A stretch of 64,000 bases of DNA from NCBI RefSeq assembly GCF_009914755.1, contig NC_060931.1; one strand, 5' to 3'. Position numbers and translations under genes: made by a program. The notes beneath the pieces were generated by a model. That model ran no database searches. It saw only the letters and a list, made by a program, of their open reading frames with translations, and was not told where the DNA came from. How positions within the stretch are numbered: the stretch's first letter is position 1; every line of letters starts with the position of its first letter. The DNA comes from the human T2T-CHM13v2.0 reference genome, Homo sapiens. Shown here piece after piece: positions 15,260-28,229 of the stretch.

Positions 15260-15943
15260 TTGTTTTATCTATGTATTTTTAAACTTTTAGATTCAGGGGT
15301 ACACGTGAAGGTTTGTTACCTAGGTAAACTCATGTCATGCAGGTTTGTTGTACGATTATTTCATCACCCAGGTATTAAGCCCAGTAACCAATAGTTATCT
15401 TGCCTGCTACTCTCTCTTCTCCCACCCTCAGCCCTTAAGTAGACCCCAGTGTTTGTTTCCTTCTTTGTGGTCATGAGTTCTCATAATTTAGCTCCCACTT
15501 ATAAGTGAGAACATGCAGTACTTGGTTTTCTGTTCCTGCGTTAGTTTGTTAAAGATAGTAGCCTCCAGCTCTGACCGTGTTCCCACAAAAGACATAATCT
15601 CATTGTTTTTTGTGGCTGAAGAGTATACATATAGGGTATATGTATCACATTTTCTTTATCCAGCCTGTCATTGATTCCATGTCTTTGCTATTGTGAGTAG
15701 TGCTGCAGTGAACATTTGCTTGCATGTGTCTTTATGATAGAATGATTTATATTCCTCTGGATATGTGCCTAGTAATGTGATTGCTGGGCTGAATGGTAGA
15801 GCTGCTTTTAGCTCTTTGAGGAATCGCCACACACTGCCTTCCACAATGGTTGAACTAATTTACACTTCCACCAACAGTGTATAAGTGTTCCTTTTCCTCC
15901 GCAACCTCGCCAGTATCTGCTATCTTTTGACTCTTTAATAGCC
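15260..15943 (-). mobile_element. L1PA(old) 3' end, 5'-truncated
   Basis: L1 3'UTR and ORF2 end; flanking repeat ctagcattta near 15248 and 15948. Confidence 0.85.
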
Positions 15944-16182
15944 AAAACTAGCATTTATTGAGCTTATAATATGTATACAGCTCTTAACTTCTGTCCTTCA
16001 CTGAATTCTAAAACACGCTTTCACAGGAGAAAAAAGTGAGCCTTTGGGAATATAAACACCTAGCTCTCGGTGAGATACTCAGAATTTACCTTGAATTTGT
16101 CTGACTTTAAAGCTTGTTTTCCTTCTACTGCATCCTTCCAGTGGCTCCTTTAAAGGAAGAATTGACATTTAAAACAATTTGT

Positions 16183-16508
<326 letters not shown>

Positions 16509-17409
16509 CTACAACTTTAAGTAAATGTTAAAGTACTGGCATAAATATTAGACCACAGAGTTAGTTTTCCAATAGATATCACTTGTTTCCATTTCCTATG
16601 AATTGAAGTTACTTCATTTTTTCTTCTTTCTGTTTGGTAGAAGTTTGACCTCAGTCAATTCAAGTTGTACCTAATTTTGGGTAATCCCCATTCGTGAGGT
16701 TACCCATTAATCTTGGAGGGTTGATGAGTGTGGTGCTTGTTTATTATCTGTTCAGGCTGGCCTGTGTCACCAGACCACGTGGGTTATAGCCGTGTCATTC
16801 AGAGTTTAGGATATTCTCAGGTGTGACTCCATGTCTGATACTTCCTTGATCCTCTGTAAGACTTGGGGAAATTTGAATACTTTTTTTTACTATTCTCTAG
16901 GTCAAGGGAAACTCTGCAGGCTGTCTCTGGCCATGGTGCCATATCTTTTCTACTGATCCTTAACACTACAGAAGTTTGCCTGTTTGTTGGGATGGGGGTT
17001 GTTGAGAACAGGGAGAGGACTTTGGGCTCTTGTGCTTTTCTAAGCTCTTTTCTCTTGAATATTTAAATATTTAGGGTGTTGTCACTTTCCCTTCCTCACC
17101 CTTATGACAGAAACCTTATAGTTGAGGAAAGGAGGATGGTAAAGGTATTAAATAGCACATCCTTGGAAATCATTTTCATGTTATACGGAGACTTATTTTG
17201 GCTCCCTCAATCGGTTAACCCATAACAACTCTCCCTAGAGAAAATGAATGTTCAATTGGGATTAGAGAAAACAATGGGGGGAAAAACCCCCATATAGACT
17301 GTGAAATGTTAAACATATTCTCTATGTCATGCATATAATCAACACTCGGTTAATACTTATTAAGTTAAATGAAATATTACAGCAGAGGTAATATATTTGT
17401 CAACCTAAG

Positions 17410-17582
17410 GATTTTCAAAGCTGGATGAGCATCAAAGTCACCTGGGAAGATTTTAAAATTCAGATTTTTAGGCTCCATCCTTGGAGTTTCAAACCTAATA
17501 GATGTGAAGAGCAGTTGATAAATTCTGTTAAAAAAACAAACAAAAATACCTCACGTAATTGGACAAATTTGAGAACTACCAG
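17410..17582. mobile_element. MER5-type hAT MITE relic
   Basis: 'TTTTCAAAG...GCATCAAAGTCACCTGGGAAG...AAATTTGAGAACTAC'. Confidence 0.55.
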
Positions 17583-18268
17583 CTTAGCTGATCTGACTAC
17601 CCAAGTTTATTCAGTATTACCCTATGAAGTGCAGAGCAGGGTCCTAAGAAAATAGAATATTGATAAGCATTTTGGTAGTAAAAGAAATATGAATATATCT
17701 GAAACTTAGTAGAACATGCTTGGAAATATGGAATATAAACTTCTTTTGTGCATACATTTTATTTGTCTCAAGATCAAGGAATGGATTTGGGGCATTTATA
17801 ACCCTACCTCTTCAGAGACTCTTTACCTTCTTGATTTTTAATCCTCTCTCCACATCAAAACAGGCAGAATTTGATGTAATTTACTTTAGCAATAAAACTA
17901 ATTTATATACATGTGTTAATTCCAAAGTCATTTGAAGTTTAGCCTTTTATTTTTAATATTCAAATATAAGATTTGAGTTCTAGTAAAAGATTAGTTGGAG
18001 AACCAGTCTGAGAGATGTTTTTAGAGCTGGAATGGCCTTCTTGTTTCAAAAATCCTACTGCATTTGAGGCTTGCTTTAAAATTAAACGTGCTTTAGTAAT
18101 TTTAGTTATATCATGGTGGTGGTGATGGAGGAGGAGGATGGAGGAGAGAAGACAACAAAAAGCCCAGGATAATCCCACTTGCTTGTTTCCTTTCATGTTA
18201 ATTAATTCATGCATTTGTCCAAATACTTATTGATAGACATCGTTGCCAGTAATCAGAAACAAGATCAG

Positions 18269-19191
18269 TGTATTAGTCAGGGTTCTCCAGAGAGATAGAA
18301 CCAATAGGGTGTACCTGTGTGTGTGTGTGTGTGTGTGTGTGTTTCTGTGAGTACATATCTGTGTGTGTATATATACATATATATACATTTATATTCTATA
18401 AATAGAATACATATATGTGTATATATGTATAAGTGTATTCTATATGTATTCTACTTATATGCATTTATATATATACATGCCCACATAAGTATTCTATATA
18501 TTTGTATTATTTTACATATACGGAAACACATATATGTATTCTATTTATGTATGTGTATATATATGTATATATGAACATATTCTATTGTATTCTATATGTG
18601 TTCTATTTATATATGTGTGTATACATATAAATAGAATACATATATATGTTTGTCTATATACATGTAAAATATGTACAAGAGGGGATTTATTAGAAGCACT
18701 GTCTCCATGATTACAGAGGCTGAGAAGTCCCATGACAGGCCACCTGCAAATTGGATATCCTGGACTGCCAGTAGGGTGGTTCAGTTCAATTCGAAAAGCC
18801 TCAGAATCCGGAAAGCTGGTAGTGTAACGTCTAGTCTAAGTCTAAAGGCTTGAGAGCCAGGGGTTGAGGTGGGCACCACTGGTATAAGTCTTGGAGTCCA
18901 AAGGCTGGAGAACAGGGAGTTCTGATGTCCAAGGGCAGGAGGAGGAGAGCGTGCCAGTTCCAGGGGGACGAGAGAGACCCATTCACCTTTCCTCTATTAT
19001 TGTACTATCCAAGCTTCCAGCCAATTGTGTGGTGCCCACCCACATGCAGGTGTATCTTCTCCTCTCAGTCCACTCAGACTCACACGTCAATCTCCTCTGG
19101 AAATACCCTCACAGAGACACCCCCCAAATAATCTTTTACCAGCTTTCTAGGTATTTCTTAACCCAGTTGACACCTAAAAGTAACTGTCACA
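18269..19191. mobile_element. MLT2 (ERVL) solo LTR with an expanded internal TA-rich array
   Basis: TGTATTAGTCAGGGTTCTCCAGAGAGATAGAACCAATAGG...GTTGACACCTAAAAGTAACTGTCACA; TSD atcag/aacag. Confidence 0.9.
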
Positions 19192-19199
19192 AACAGTAA

Positions 19200-19840
19200 G
19201 ATGTGGCTTTGACTTGGGAAAACCTATAGTCCAGGGAAGGAGATGGATATACAAAAATTTCAAAAAAACCTAAGTGGTATGTTAGAAGGTCCCAGTGGAT
19301 CATTACGTGCAACATATAGCCATGTTTAGGGACACTAAGAAATGTTTTCTAGAGACAATGAATGCAAGTGGAGTCTTGAAGAATGAATACAGTCTTCTGG
19401 TGAAGGGGATGCAGAGAGGGAAGGGCACTTCATGAAGAAGAAACAATGTGCAAAGGCGGAGTTAGGAAAGTAAAGGGTGTGTGTTTGGAGACAGTATTGT
19501 TAACTTGATAGAGCTGGAAAATGAGGAGAATGGCAGGATACAGGGCTTGCATAGGTTTGGAAAGGGCCCAGTATTACATCAATGATGTTAAACTTGGTTC
19601 TGTGGGCAGTAGGGGACATATCAAAGGTTTTTAAGGAGAGGAGTGACATGACAAGGTTTATAGAAAAAAAATATATACTCCAAGTCCATGGGGGATGAAT
19701 TAGAGGGAGGAGGTGGTGGGGCAGAAAGACAAGTTAGTACAGGAGCCAGAAGATGAATGCTTAAAATAAAACAATTACATAGAAAATGAGAGAAAAGATG
19801 ATTTGGAAAGTAAAGAATTAGAATTGACAGGACTTGATAT
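19200..19840. mobile_element. L2 relic
   Basis: 'GGAGTCTTGAAGAATGAATA...GTGCAAAGGC...AGGTTTTTAAGGAGAGGAGTGACATGA'. Confidence 0.6.
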
Positions 19841-20582
19841 GAGAACATCTCTATTCTTAGTTTGGATTCTCTCAGATGCTAACCCTGAGATAAGGACATG
19901 AGTGGATGAAGCACAGAAAATGCTGGAAGGGAAGTGGGAGAGGGGCGAGATGGGGGCAATGGGGCTAGTGGTGCCTTGCTTCCTAATGACCACAGCAAAA
20001 CTCAAGGGAACCTGGGAAGATGTGCAGAATATGATCCTCAGAATTCTCCCTCTTGGGGAGTGAGGGAACTTCACCTTCAAGTGGAGTGACGGAGAGGGGA
20101 AAGTTGTGCTGATTTGAAGAGTGAATGGGAAGCCCGAAAATAATAAAAATGAGTCTAAAATCGGTTTAATCTATTGTTGAGGAGAAAGAGTGAAGGCAGC
20201 AGTTTGAGAAAGACACAAAACCAATTTCAAAAACTGGGGAGATTGAAGTTTCCTTTTTGGCCAAAGGGAACAACTTAGCAGAAAGAGACCGAAGATGAGA
20301 GAGAGAGAGAGAGAGAGACTTGCCATTATGGATGGAAAACATTTCCGGACATGTTGGAGTTGCAACTGCCAAGCCACAGCTTCAGCAGCTGCCTCTTCTG
20401 AGAGAAGTGGATGGACACTTTGTCCTCTCAGGTGAAATGGAGAGAAGTGAGCATTGGGGAAGCATACAGATACATTTTTAGGTGGAGGGAAGCTCAGTGG
20501 AAGGAGTTCATGTTTCTGTGCAGTAAGAAAAAGAACATGAATGAACCTAGGATAGCAATGTATCTTCGTCACAGATGGGAAG

Positions 20583-20832
20583 AGCAGGAGGCTTCTTTGT
20601 CACTGGATCCCTAACATCCTGAAGTGTGGATGGAAAGAAAGACTCCCCCTAAACAGTTATTGAGTTTAATGAAAGAACTAAAAGTGAATCACACTTCACC
20701 GATGCTAAGAAGCAGGCGGCTTCTTTGTTCATCACTGGATCCCTAACATCCTGAAGTGTGACTGGAAAGCAAGAATACCCCTAAATAGTTATTGAGTTTG
20801 ATGAAAGAACTAAAAGTGCATCATACTATACT
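20583..20832. repeat. Tandem duplication, period 128 bp, 2 copies
   Basis: agcagg(a/c)ggcttctttgt...cactggatccctaacatcctgaagtgtg...gaaagaactaaaagtg starts at 20583 and 20711. Confidence 0.95.
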
Positions 20833-22149
20833 AACAGGAAAAGTGTAAAAAATATCTGTGTTCAAATCCCATCTTGCTGTATCACATTGAATAAATTACT
20901 TAATGTTAATTCCGAGAGATACAATGAGTATTCAATATTATTTGGTAGATGGCAAAATAAGAAGTAATTATACATGATTTTTATTCTGCTTGTTATACAT
21001 CTCAAATAGTAAGTATACCTTGATTGTAGGGTATGAACATTTCATGAACTTTCCTCTTTGTTCTGCCCTATTATAAAGGAAAGTATACATTAAAGCTTGA
21101 CTTTTTATTCAAGGACTCTTAAATGTTATAATATTCTCCAATAAAATAAAAACAAATTATTTGAAAACAAAGAATTTGTCATCCTAAGGTGAAATATGCG
21201 TGAACATATTTTCTCATTCTATCGGAATTAAATATAGTACCCAAAGTTTGAAACGGAGGTTATTTAATGATGTTGGATTTTAAAACTTCCCTAAATGTTA
21301 TTCAGCACCAGGTGGGATCGCTAATTTCACAGCTGAATTAATATACAGCAGGTTTCTGAGAAGTTAGAGAAAGAAGAGAAATCAATAGAGTGAGGTTTAA
21401 TCAAGATAAATGGAAAGCAATCCACTAGGGAAAGACCAAATCTGAAGGGGAAAAAAAATAATATAAGCCAGAAAATGTAGGTTAGAAGTCATTAATGTGA
21501 GTGGAAAAAAAGGTGCTAAGGTGATGGTTATTAATAAATTTGATGTGAGCTCACAATGAGATCCTACTGCAAAACTGGATGAATGTCATGTAAGAAAGTC
21601 TTCACTGATATATGTAAGAGTGGGGGAATAAATATCCCCTCCCCACCTTTTTTTTTTAAAGCAGATTTTTGAGTCTATATATAAAACAATTCAGTTATCC
21701 TATGGCCCTCACTTTCTGCTTCTTGAAATGGCTGTGAGATTTAAGACACAAGGCAAAACAACAACGAAAGTCGTCCACATAACTGGAGAATTATCAGGCC
21801 TGTTGCATCACACTGGACCACTTGCTCTTCCTCAGACTGCTGTATCTCATTACCCTTCTGTGCCTTTGCTGGTTTGTTTTTTTCTTTTTTCCCCCTCTGC
21901 CTGCTCCTACACTCCTCCATTCTCTGGGTACAGAAATTCATTTCATTCATCTAGGGCAACCTCAAATGTAACCCCATTGGTGAAGACTTTTTTGAATTCA
22001 GCTGCTGTCTGCAATATGCTATACTGCCTTCTGTCTGACTGCCTTCCCATGAGAAGCAGGATGGGGTGGGAGGAAAGTACTAGAATGGGAGAGGAGGTGA
22101 AGCGGGGCATGTGCTATGGGTTTGACTTGGGCAAGGCTGGGTCTAGAAA

Positions 22150-24420
22150 TTTCAGAATTACCTATATTTAAGGATCTTTACACTATAGGATCACAAGTAG
22201 AAAGCACACTCTATGAGAGATGCTCTTGAGGATACAGAGATGCTTGGGGGATAAATGACTTCAATAGACTTCCTTGAAAGCATATCATTAGATCTCTACA
22301 CCAGTTATCAAGGTTTTGTCTCTCAGCTCCAAATGCTTGATTAAAGGGGGGCAGAACATAAGACTAGATTAGCAAAATTCATCTGCTTGGTAGTTCTTTT
22401 TCTGGGACATGGATTTAATACCTCATCAAGGACCTCAGGCGAGGAGGTGTACTCTTGCCAAAGGACACAAAAATAGTAGGAATATTGCTCCTTCCCATAT
22501 ACTCAGTGATATGGAAGGCTGTCAGTATTGAGTGGCTCTGCAGAAGATTCAGACTGTCTTTGGATTTGGGTCATATAATCCAATTGACCCTATAATATTG
22601 GTACTAGTGGTGATAAAAGATTCTGTGTAGATTTCACGGCAATTCCCAATGAGAAAAGCACAACACAGGCCCCTGGAATTTGAAGCCAGACCATGGCAAT
22701 TGCAGCAGAGAATTATAAGTCATTTTAGAAACAGTTCCTCATATGTAGGGATCCTGGTAGAGACTGAACCCTTCAGCGTGAGTCACCAAGTGACGATGCA
22801 TCTTGAACTACCTATCATGGGCTAAGTGAAGTAGGAACTGCAGAGTCAAGAAGTCAGATGAGTCAGCAGCACTGGATCACAAGATGGAAATGGTGCACCT
22901 AGAACCAAATCCAGGAAGGGCCAGAGGACATGAGTAAGATGCATAAGCAGGTAACTCAGATACCCACCACAGTACAGCACCAGACCTTTCACTTACTACA
23001 GTGGTCATGTGGTGGGTCTGGTATGACCGGCTAAACAAAGAGGGGGCAGTCTAAGTTTTGTTTATGAATGAGTCTGCTTGGTATGTGTGTGGAAGCTGAA
23101 AATGGATAGCGGCTACATTATAGCCACACTCAAAGATGGCTTTGAAGATAGTGGAGAGGGAAAATCTATCACACATTGATGCTACCAGGAGGCATTCACT
23201 GTGAATGGGTCATGGAACACCAAGGAGACAAAATGGCATGGCCAGTCAGTGTTATCCAGCCTTTGTCACCAGCCTTCCTGGATCTGGCCCAATAAACACA
23301 TTGCTGGAGTGGCCATTGTGTCAGAGATGAACACTGTGCATGGGCTTGACGACAGAGTCCCCATTTGCCAAAGGCTATCTGGACACTGGTGCCTCTGAAT
23401 GTCTAACCTGATACCAACAAAGACCAACTTTGAGCCCTCTAGATGGCACTATTTTTTGAGGAATCCGATTTGGTGGCAAGGAGACTCCATCTTGGAAGGG
23501 ATAGAGATTTGTCCAAAGAGACGCCTGTGTATTCTTGGTAAGAATTTGCCTTTCTGGCCCTTAGTGCTTCAGCTAGCACTGTCGTCCTGGAGCTTTTAGA
23601 ATGTTTGATCCACAAGTGTGGAATCCTACTAATCATCCCAGGTGCGATCCACTTACAGCAAAGGAGGCGTGAGAATGGGCCTACAACCGCTGGATTTACT
23701 GGTTGTATCATATACTTACAGTATCAAGAAGTAACTGGCCTGTTGCTCTAACAGGCCTTCTAGCAATGGCCTTCTCAAGACATAGGTGAAGCTCCAGCTT
23801 GAAGGCAATAATCCGAAAGGATGAAGAAGCACCATACTCAGAATGCACACTATACATTTAAACAGAGACCTAAATGTGATGCTCTGCCAATAATAGGAAG
23901 AATATATGGGCCCAGGTACCAAGGTGGGTAGCAGAAGGGTTCCTCTTGCCATCATCTCTGACATACTGGAGGACATTGTACTTCTCATCCCTATAATTCT
24001 GGGCATTGCATTGCTAGAGTTCCTTGCCTAAAGTGAGAGGACTCTTACAAGGAGACATAGCAAGAGTTTCATTCAACTGGAACACTTTGGACATCTTGTG
24101 TTCAGGGTCTCACAGGTAAGAAGAGACTCATCATTTGGTAGAATAATTGACACTGATCAGCAGAAGGAGGTAGCGAAACTTTCAGACATTGATGGTTAGG
24201 AGGAATGTATAGAAAGCAAGTAATCTCTGAGCACATCTTGGTACTCTCTTATCTCAACATAAGTCTACATGGACCTATGCAGCAACTCTGAAGAAAGAAC
24301 CGTGTGAAAACCAGGAGATCAGATCCTTCAGAAATGATATTTTGGGTCACACCACCAGGTAGGCCACCAGGACCTGTGAACGTGGTAACTGCGGGGAGGG
24401 AAATATAGAGAATCTCAAAT
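22150..24420 (+). mobile_element. ERVL-class internal fragment (decayed pol: RT/RNaseH to integrase)
   Basis: 22570-22830 reads as degenerate GxYxPxDP...W...RPLxF...AENY..F.KQ.L...LVETE...HQVTM.ELPIM; an integrase-like 'IWWQ.D' follows at ~23470; many stops and frameshifts. Confidence 0.8.
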
Positions 24421-24756
24421 TTGTTTTTCATGTTACTGATCTCATTTGCATTTTTGTTGTTTATTAACTGTGATGCTAATTTAATTTTGCAAATATATTT
24501 TAAATGCTTTACAGTTCTTATGCACCTCTCTGCTTTAAAATTCTTATTGTCTCTTTTTCAAAAATTTAAAACTGTGGAAGTTGATATGACTTCCTGCCAA
24601 AGTTTCACAGCAATTTTTTAAAAATATCTTTCTGAGGATTCTTCTACTTTACAACTTAGAAGTCTTCTCTTTTTCTAAGCCTTCTACAAGATGTTTTCTT
24701 TTCCTTGTCCTGCAGTATTCTGAATTCCTGTTTACGTATATATTTATATTTATATA

Positions 24757-25050
24757 TTTATTTTCTTGGGGGGATGGAGTCTCGCTGTGTCCCCAGGCTG
24801 GAGTGCAGTGGTGTGATCTTGGCTCACTGCAACCTCTGCCTCCTGGGTTCCCGGATTCTCCTGCCTCAGCCTCCCAAGTAGCTGGGACTACAGGCGCGTG
24901 CCACCATACCTGGCTAATTTTTTTGTACTTTTAGTAGAGATGGGGTTTCACTGTGTTAGCCAGGATGGTCTCAGTCTCTTGACCTCATGATCCGCCTGCC
25001 TCGGCCTCCCAAAGTGCTGGGATTACAGGCGTGAGCCACTGTGCCTGGCC
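24757..25050 (-). mobile_element. AluSc/Y-like
   Basis: dimeric Alu; flanking tgtttac(g/t)tata. Confidence 0.95.
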
Positions 25051-27299
25051 TTGTTTACTTATAGTTAAATGGTAAGAGCTCTATTCACATCTGGCAGTTG
25101 TCAACCACCAGGGTATATATATTGTCCTTGGCTTTAATCTCTGTCCATTTGGCAGTAGGTTAAAGCTCCTTTGCATATTTTTAGCAGCTTGGCAAGTTGA
25201 TGTGTTCAGCTCAGACTGAAATTCTCTCTGTATAATGAGCTCCACATATTTTCTAGAACTATATTGGCTTTAAGTAGCAGAAATTCTCCTAGGAAGCTTC
25301 GGTAAAAGCAAAAACCAAGTTTAAGATGAAGATGCAAAAGTATATCTTGGAAACTGATGAGCAATAGAAACCATTGGTCACTTTCTTTGTCTCTTCTTTG
25401 CCTTGTGTTTGCTTCCTGCCATTCTCTTCCTGTCTCCCACCCTCCTCTTCTTGTTTCTGGCCAGTCTTCTCTAATTCATTCAACTCTCCTGCTATTCCAG
25501 CTGGTGTGGTCTGAACCATGACCATCATTAGCTCTCAAATAATGTGTCTTCTGTGGTGCGGCTAACCTGACTGATCTGAAATCTTCTTTTCAAATCTAAA
25601 TTACCTAGGAAAGGAGTTTATTGGCTTAGTTATTTTTCTCCCATGGTGCAGTCAGCTGTTTCCCATGCAGTGCAGTCACATGGTATCAAAATAATCATTA
25701 CCCACATGGAGGGGAGAAAAATGGTTCTCCGAGAAGTGTGTGCCGTATGGTGGTGGGGCAAGGCAGGGGCTGAGGGGTAGGCAGGAGGGAGCTGGATTGG
25801 CAGTCTACTTACTAGGTGTTTATTCACTGTTATCCAGTGTGAACTCCTCTACCCTAGCTCCTTATACCTAGCTCCTTAACGATAGAAACAAATGGGAGAA
25901 TGGAAAGTTCCGTCCACAGTAAACACTGCTGATAAGGCTCTTCTTGTTTCCATCATTGTCTACTCCTGACCCACCTGGTAGAAATTTCAGTTTCCAATTT
26001 TCCACCTGCCATTGCCAATTCCCTCATGTGCTGTTTATTGAAATTTGGAGTTTCTAACTGGATATAGGGAACTGGTATTGGATGGATAAGGGAATGTGTG
26101 AGGTTTGGGGCAATTTTCTGGTTTATTTTTTAAGGCATAGACAAAGAGGAAGGATGAAAAGGAGTATTTCTACTTATTTCCAGGTGGGTGGTGTCATAGC
26201 ACAGGTGGCTCACAGTCCTGTTGTCCTTGTCATCGATGAAGATTTATTACAGATTTAGTAAGCTTTCACTTCTTGTTTACAATATTGTGAGTTTTCATCC
26301 TTTTTATTTTCTTAATTTGGTATTATATTTTGAAAGCGGAAGTGAGGCCAGTGTTAGGGACCCTAACCCTAATCTGTTTAAAACTGAATATTGATTATAC
26401 TATAATTTATTGGCCAAATGATTTCATTCTGTTTTGAAATAGATTGTTACCATTTTTATTTTTTTTACTAAGGAATCAGCATATACTTCAGTGTATACAT
26501 AAAAAGACAAAACAATGATCATAATGAAAAACTACAGTTACACCTTTGGACTATAGAGTTTTCTCTCCTTTAATTTACATGTATTAGAAATGCTTTGCTA
26601 ACTGAGAAGGACTAATTTTTCTATTAACTTGATTTTTCTTTATATGTAATTTCTGAATAGCAGAGCACTTTTAAACATAATTAAAAATAAAATAGGTTAA
26701 ATAATTTAAAAAGTGATGCATTATTAAAAATAACCAGAATATCCATCTGTTGTGGCTAAATACATAATTTGTTTTAAAATATGGGTATGAAAAATACAGT
26801 AATTCATAAAATCAGCATGGGAAATAACTAAAAACTTTAAATAGGCTTTCCCACCTGGCTACTATTTTTGAAACGCTAGCAGGCTATAAAAGGAAATCAG
26901 TATTTGATAAAAAATTAGAAAACTGAGTAGAGATTTAGTTAAGTAAACCAAGAAAAGGATTTTTAAAATATGAATGGAATAGTATCAACACTATTTTGTA
27001 GAAGAATATTAATAAAGCCTACCAAGAGAGTACTGAAGTATTTTGTGCATTTTAAATGCTGTTGATTCTTCTAGGTAATGATGCTCTATTATAAGAAGAG
27101 TCAATATTTGTATGACACAAGATTAAACAATAGATTGTCTGAATTGGCCTCATTCATTTGACTTGCAGGATAATATCCTCTGAATTGAGAAGCATATATT
27201 AATATTCATTTTGAGTTCTGAAGTGCCAAATTAGGCTATGAATCCAGACTAAAATAGAGTACTGCAAATTTGAAAGCACAACAGCCAATGTTTAAGGGG

Positions 27300-27734
27300 T
27301 GCTGTGGTTTGTATATGGTTTGTTTGGCCCCTTCCAGTCTCATGTTGAAATTTGATCCCCAGGGGTGGAGGTGGAGCCTGGTGGGTGGTGTCTGGCCCAT
27401 GGGGGTGGATTTCTCATGAATGGCTTGGTGCCATTCTCCTCATAGTGAGTGAGTGTCACTCTATTGCTCCCTGCAAGAGTTGCTTGTTAAAAGAGCCTGG
27501 CACCCTTGCCTTCTCTCTCTTGCCTCCTCTCTCATCATGTGATTTCTGTACATGCAGCTCCCCTTCACCTTTCAATGTGAGTGGAAGCAGCTTGAGGCCT
27601 CACCAGAAGCTGAGCAGATGCTGACACCATGTTTCTTGTACAGCCTATAGAACTGTGAGCCAAATAAATATCTTTTCTTTATAAATTACCCAGCCTCAGG
27701 TATTTCTTTATAGCAACACAAATGAACCAAGACA
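27300..27734 (+). mobile_element. MST-family solo LTR
   Basis: TGCTGTGGTTTG...ATGAACCAAGACA with a perfect 5-bp TSD agggg (27295-27299, 27735-27739). Confidence 0.9.
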
Positions 27735-27940
27735 AGGGGTCAGAAAACAAATAGCAAAATTCATGATGGCCAATAAGTTTCAGCTTCAACTGCTGAAGTG
27801 GAAGAATGCTTGGTAATGGGAATGAGAAATCCCTAACAGGGGGAAAAAATGGTAAGTTGGATAAAGCTTGGACAAAGAGATAATGTATTTGAAATATCTT
27901 ATGTAATAGAAATGTAAATTGTGAGACATAATAATAATAA

Positions 27941-28153
<213 letters not shown>

Positions 28154-28229
28154 TAGCAAGAGACTTTTACCAAGTATTTCTTTCAGTAGATACTGCCCAT
28201 GTCTTCTTTACAGGAGGTCTGAGCTGAAT

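Noticed and set aside
20348-20367. p53/p63-like half site GGACATGTTG
   Set aside because: Imperfect, with no good second half site.
26354-26372. TTAGGG-A-CCCTAACCCTAA head-to-head telomere-like motif
   Set aside because: Only three hexamers with no subtelomeric context; compatible with chance.
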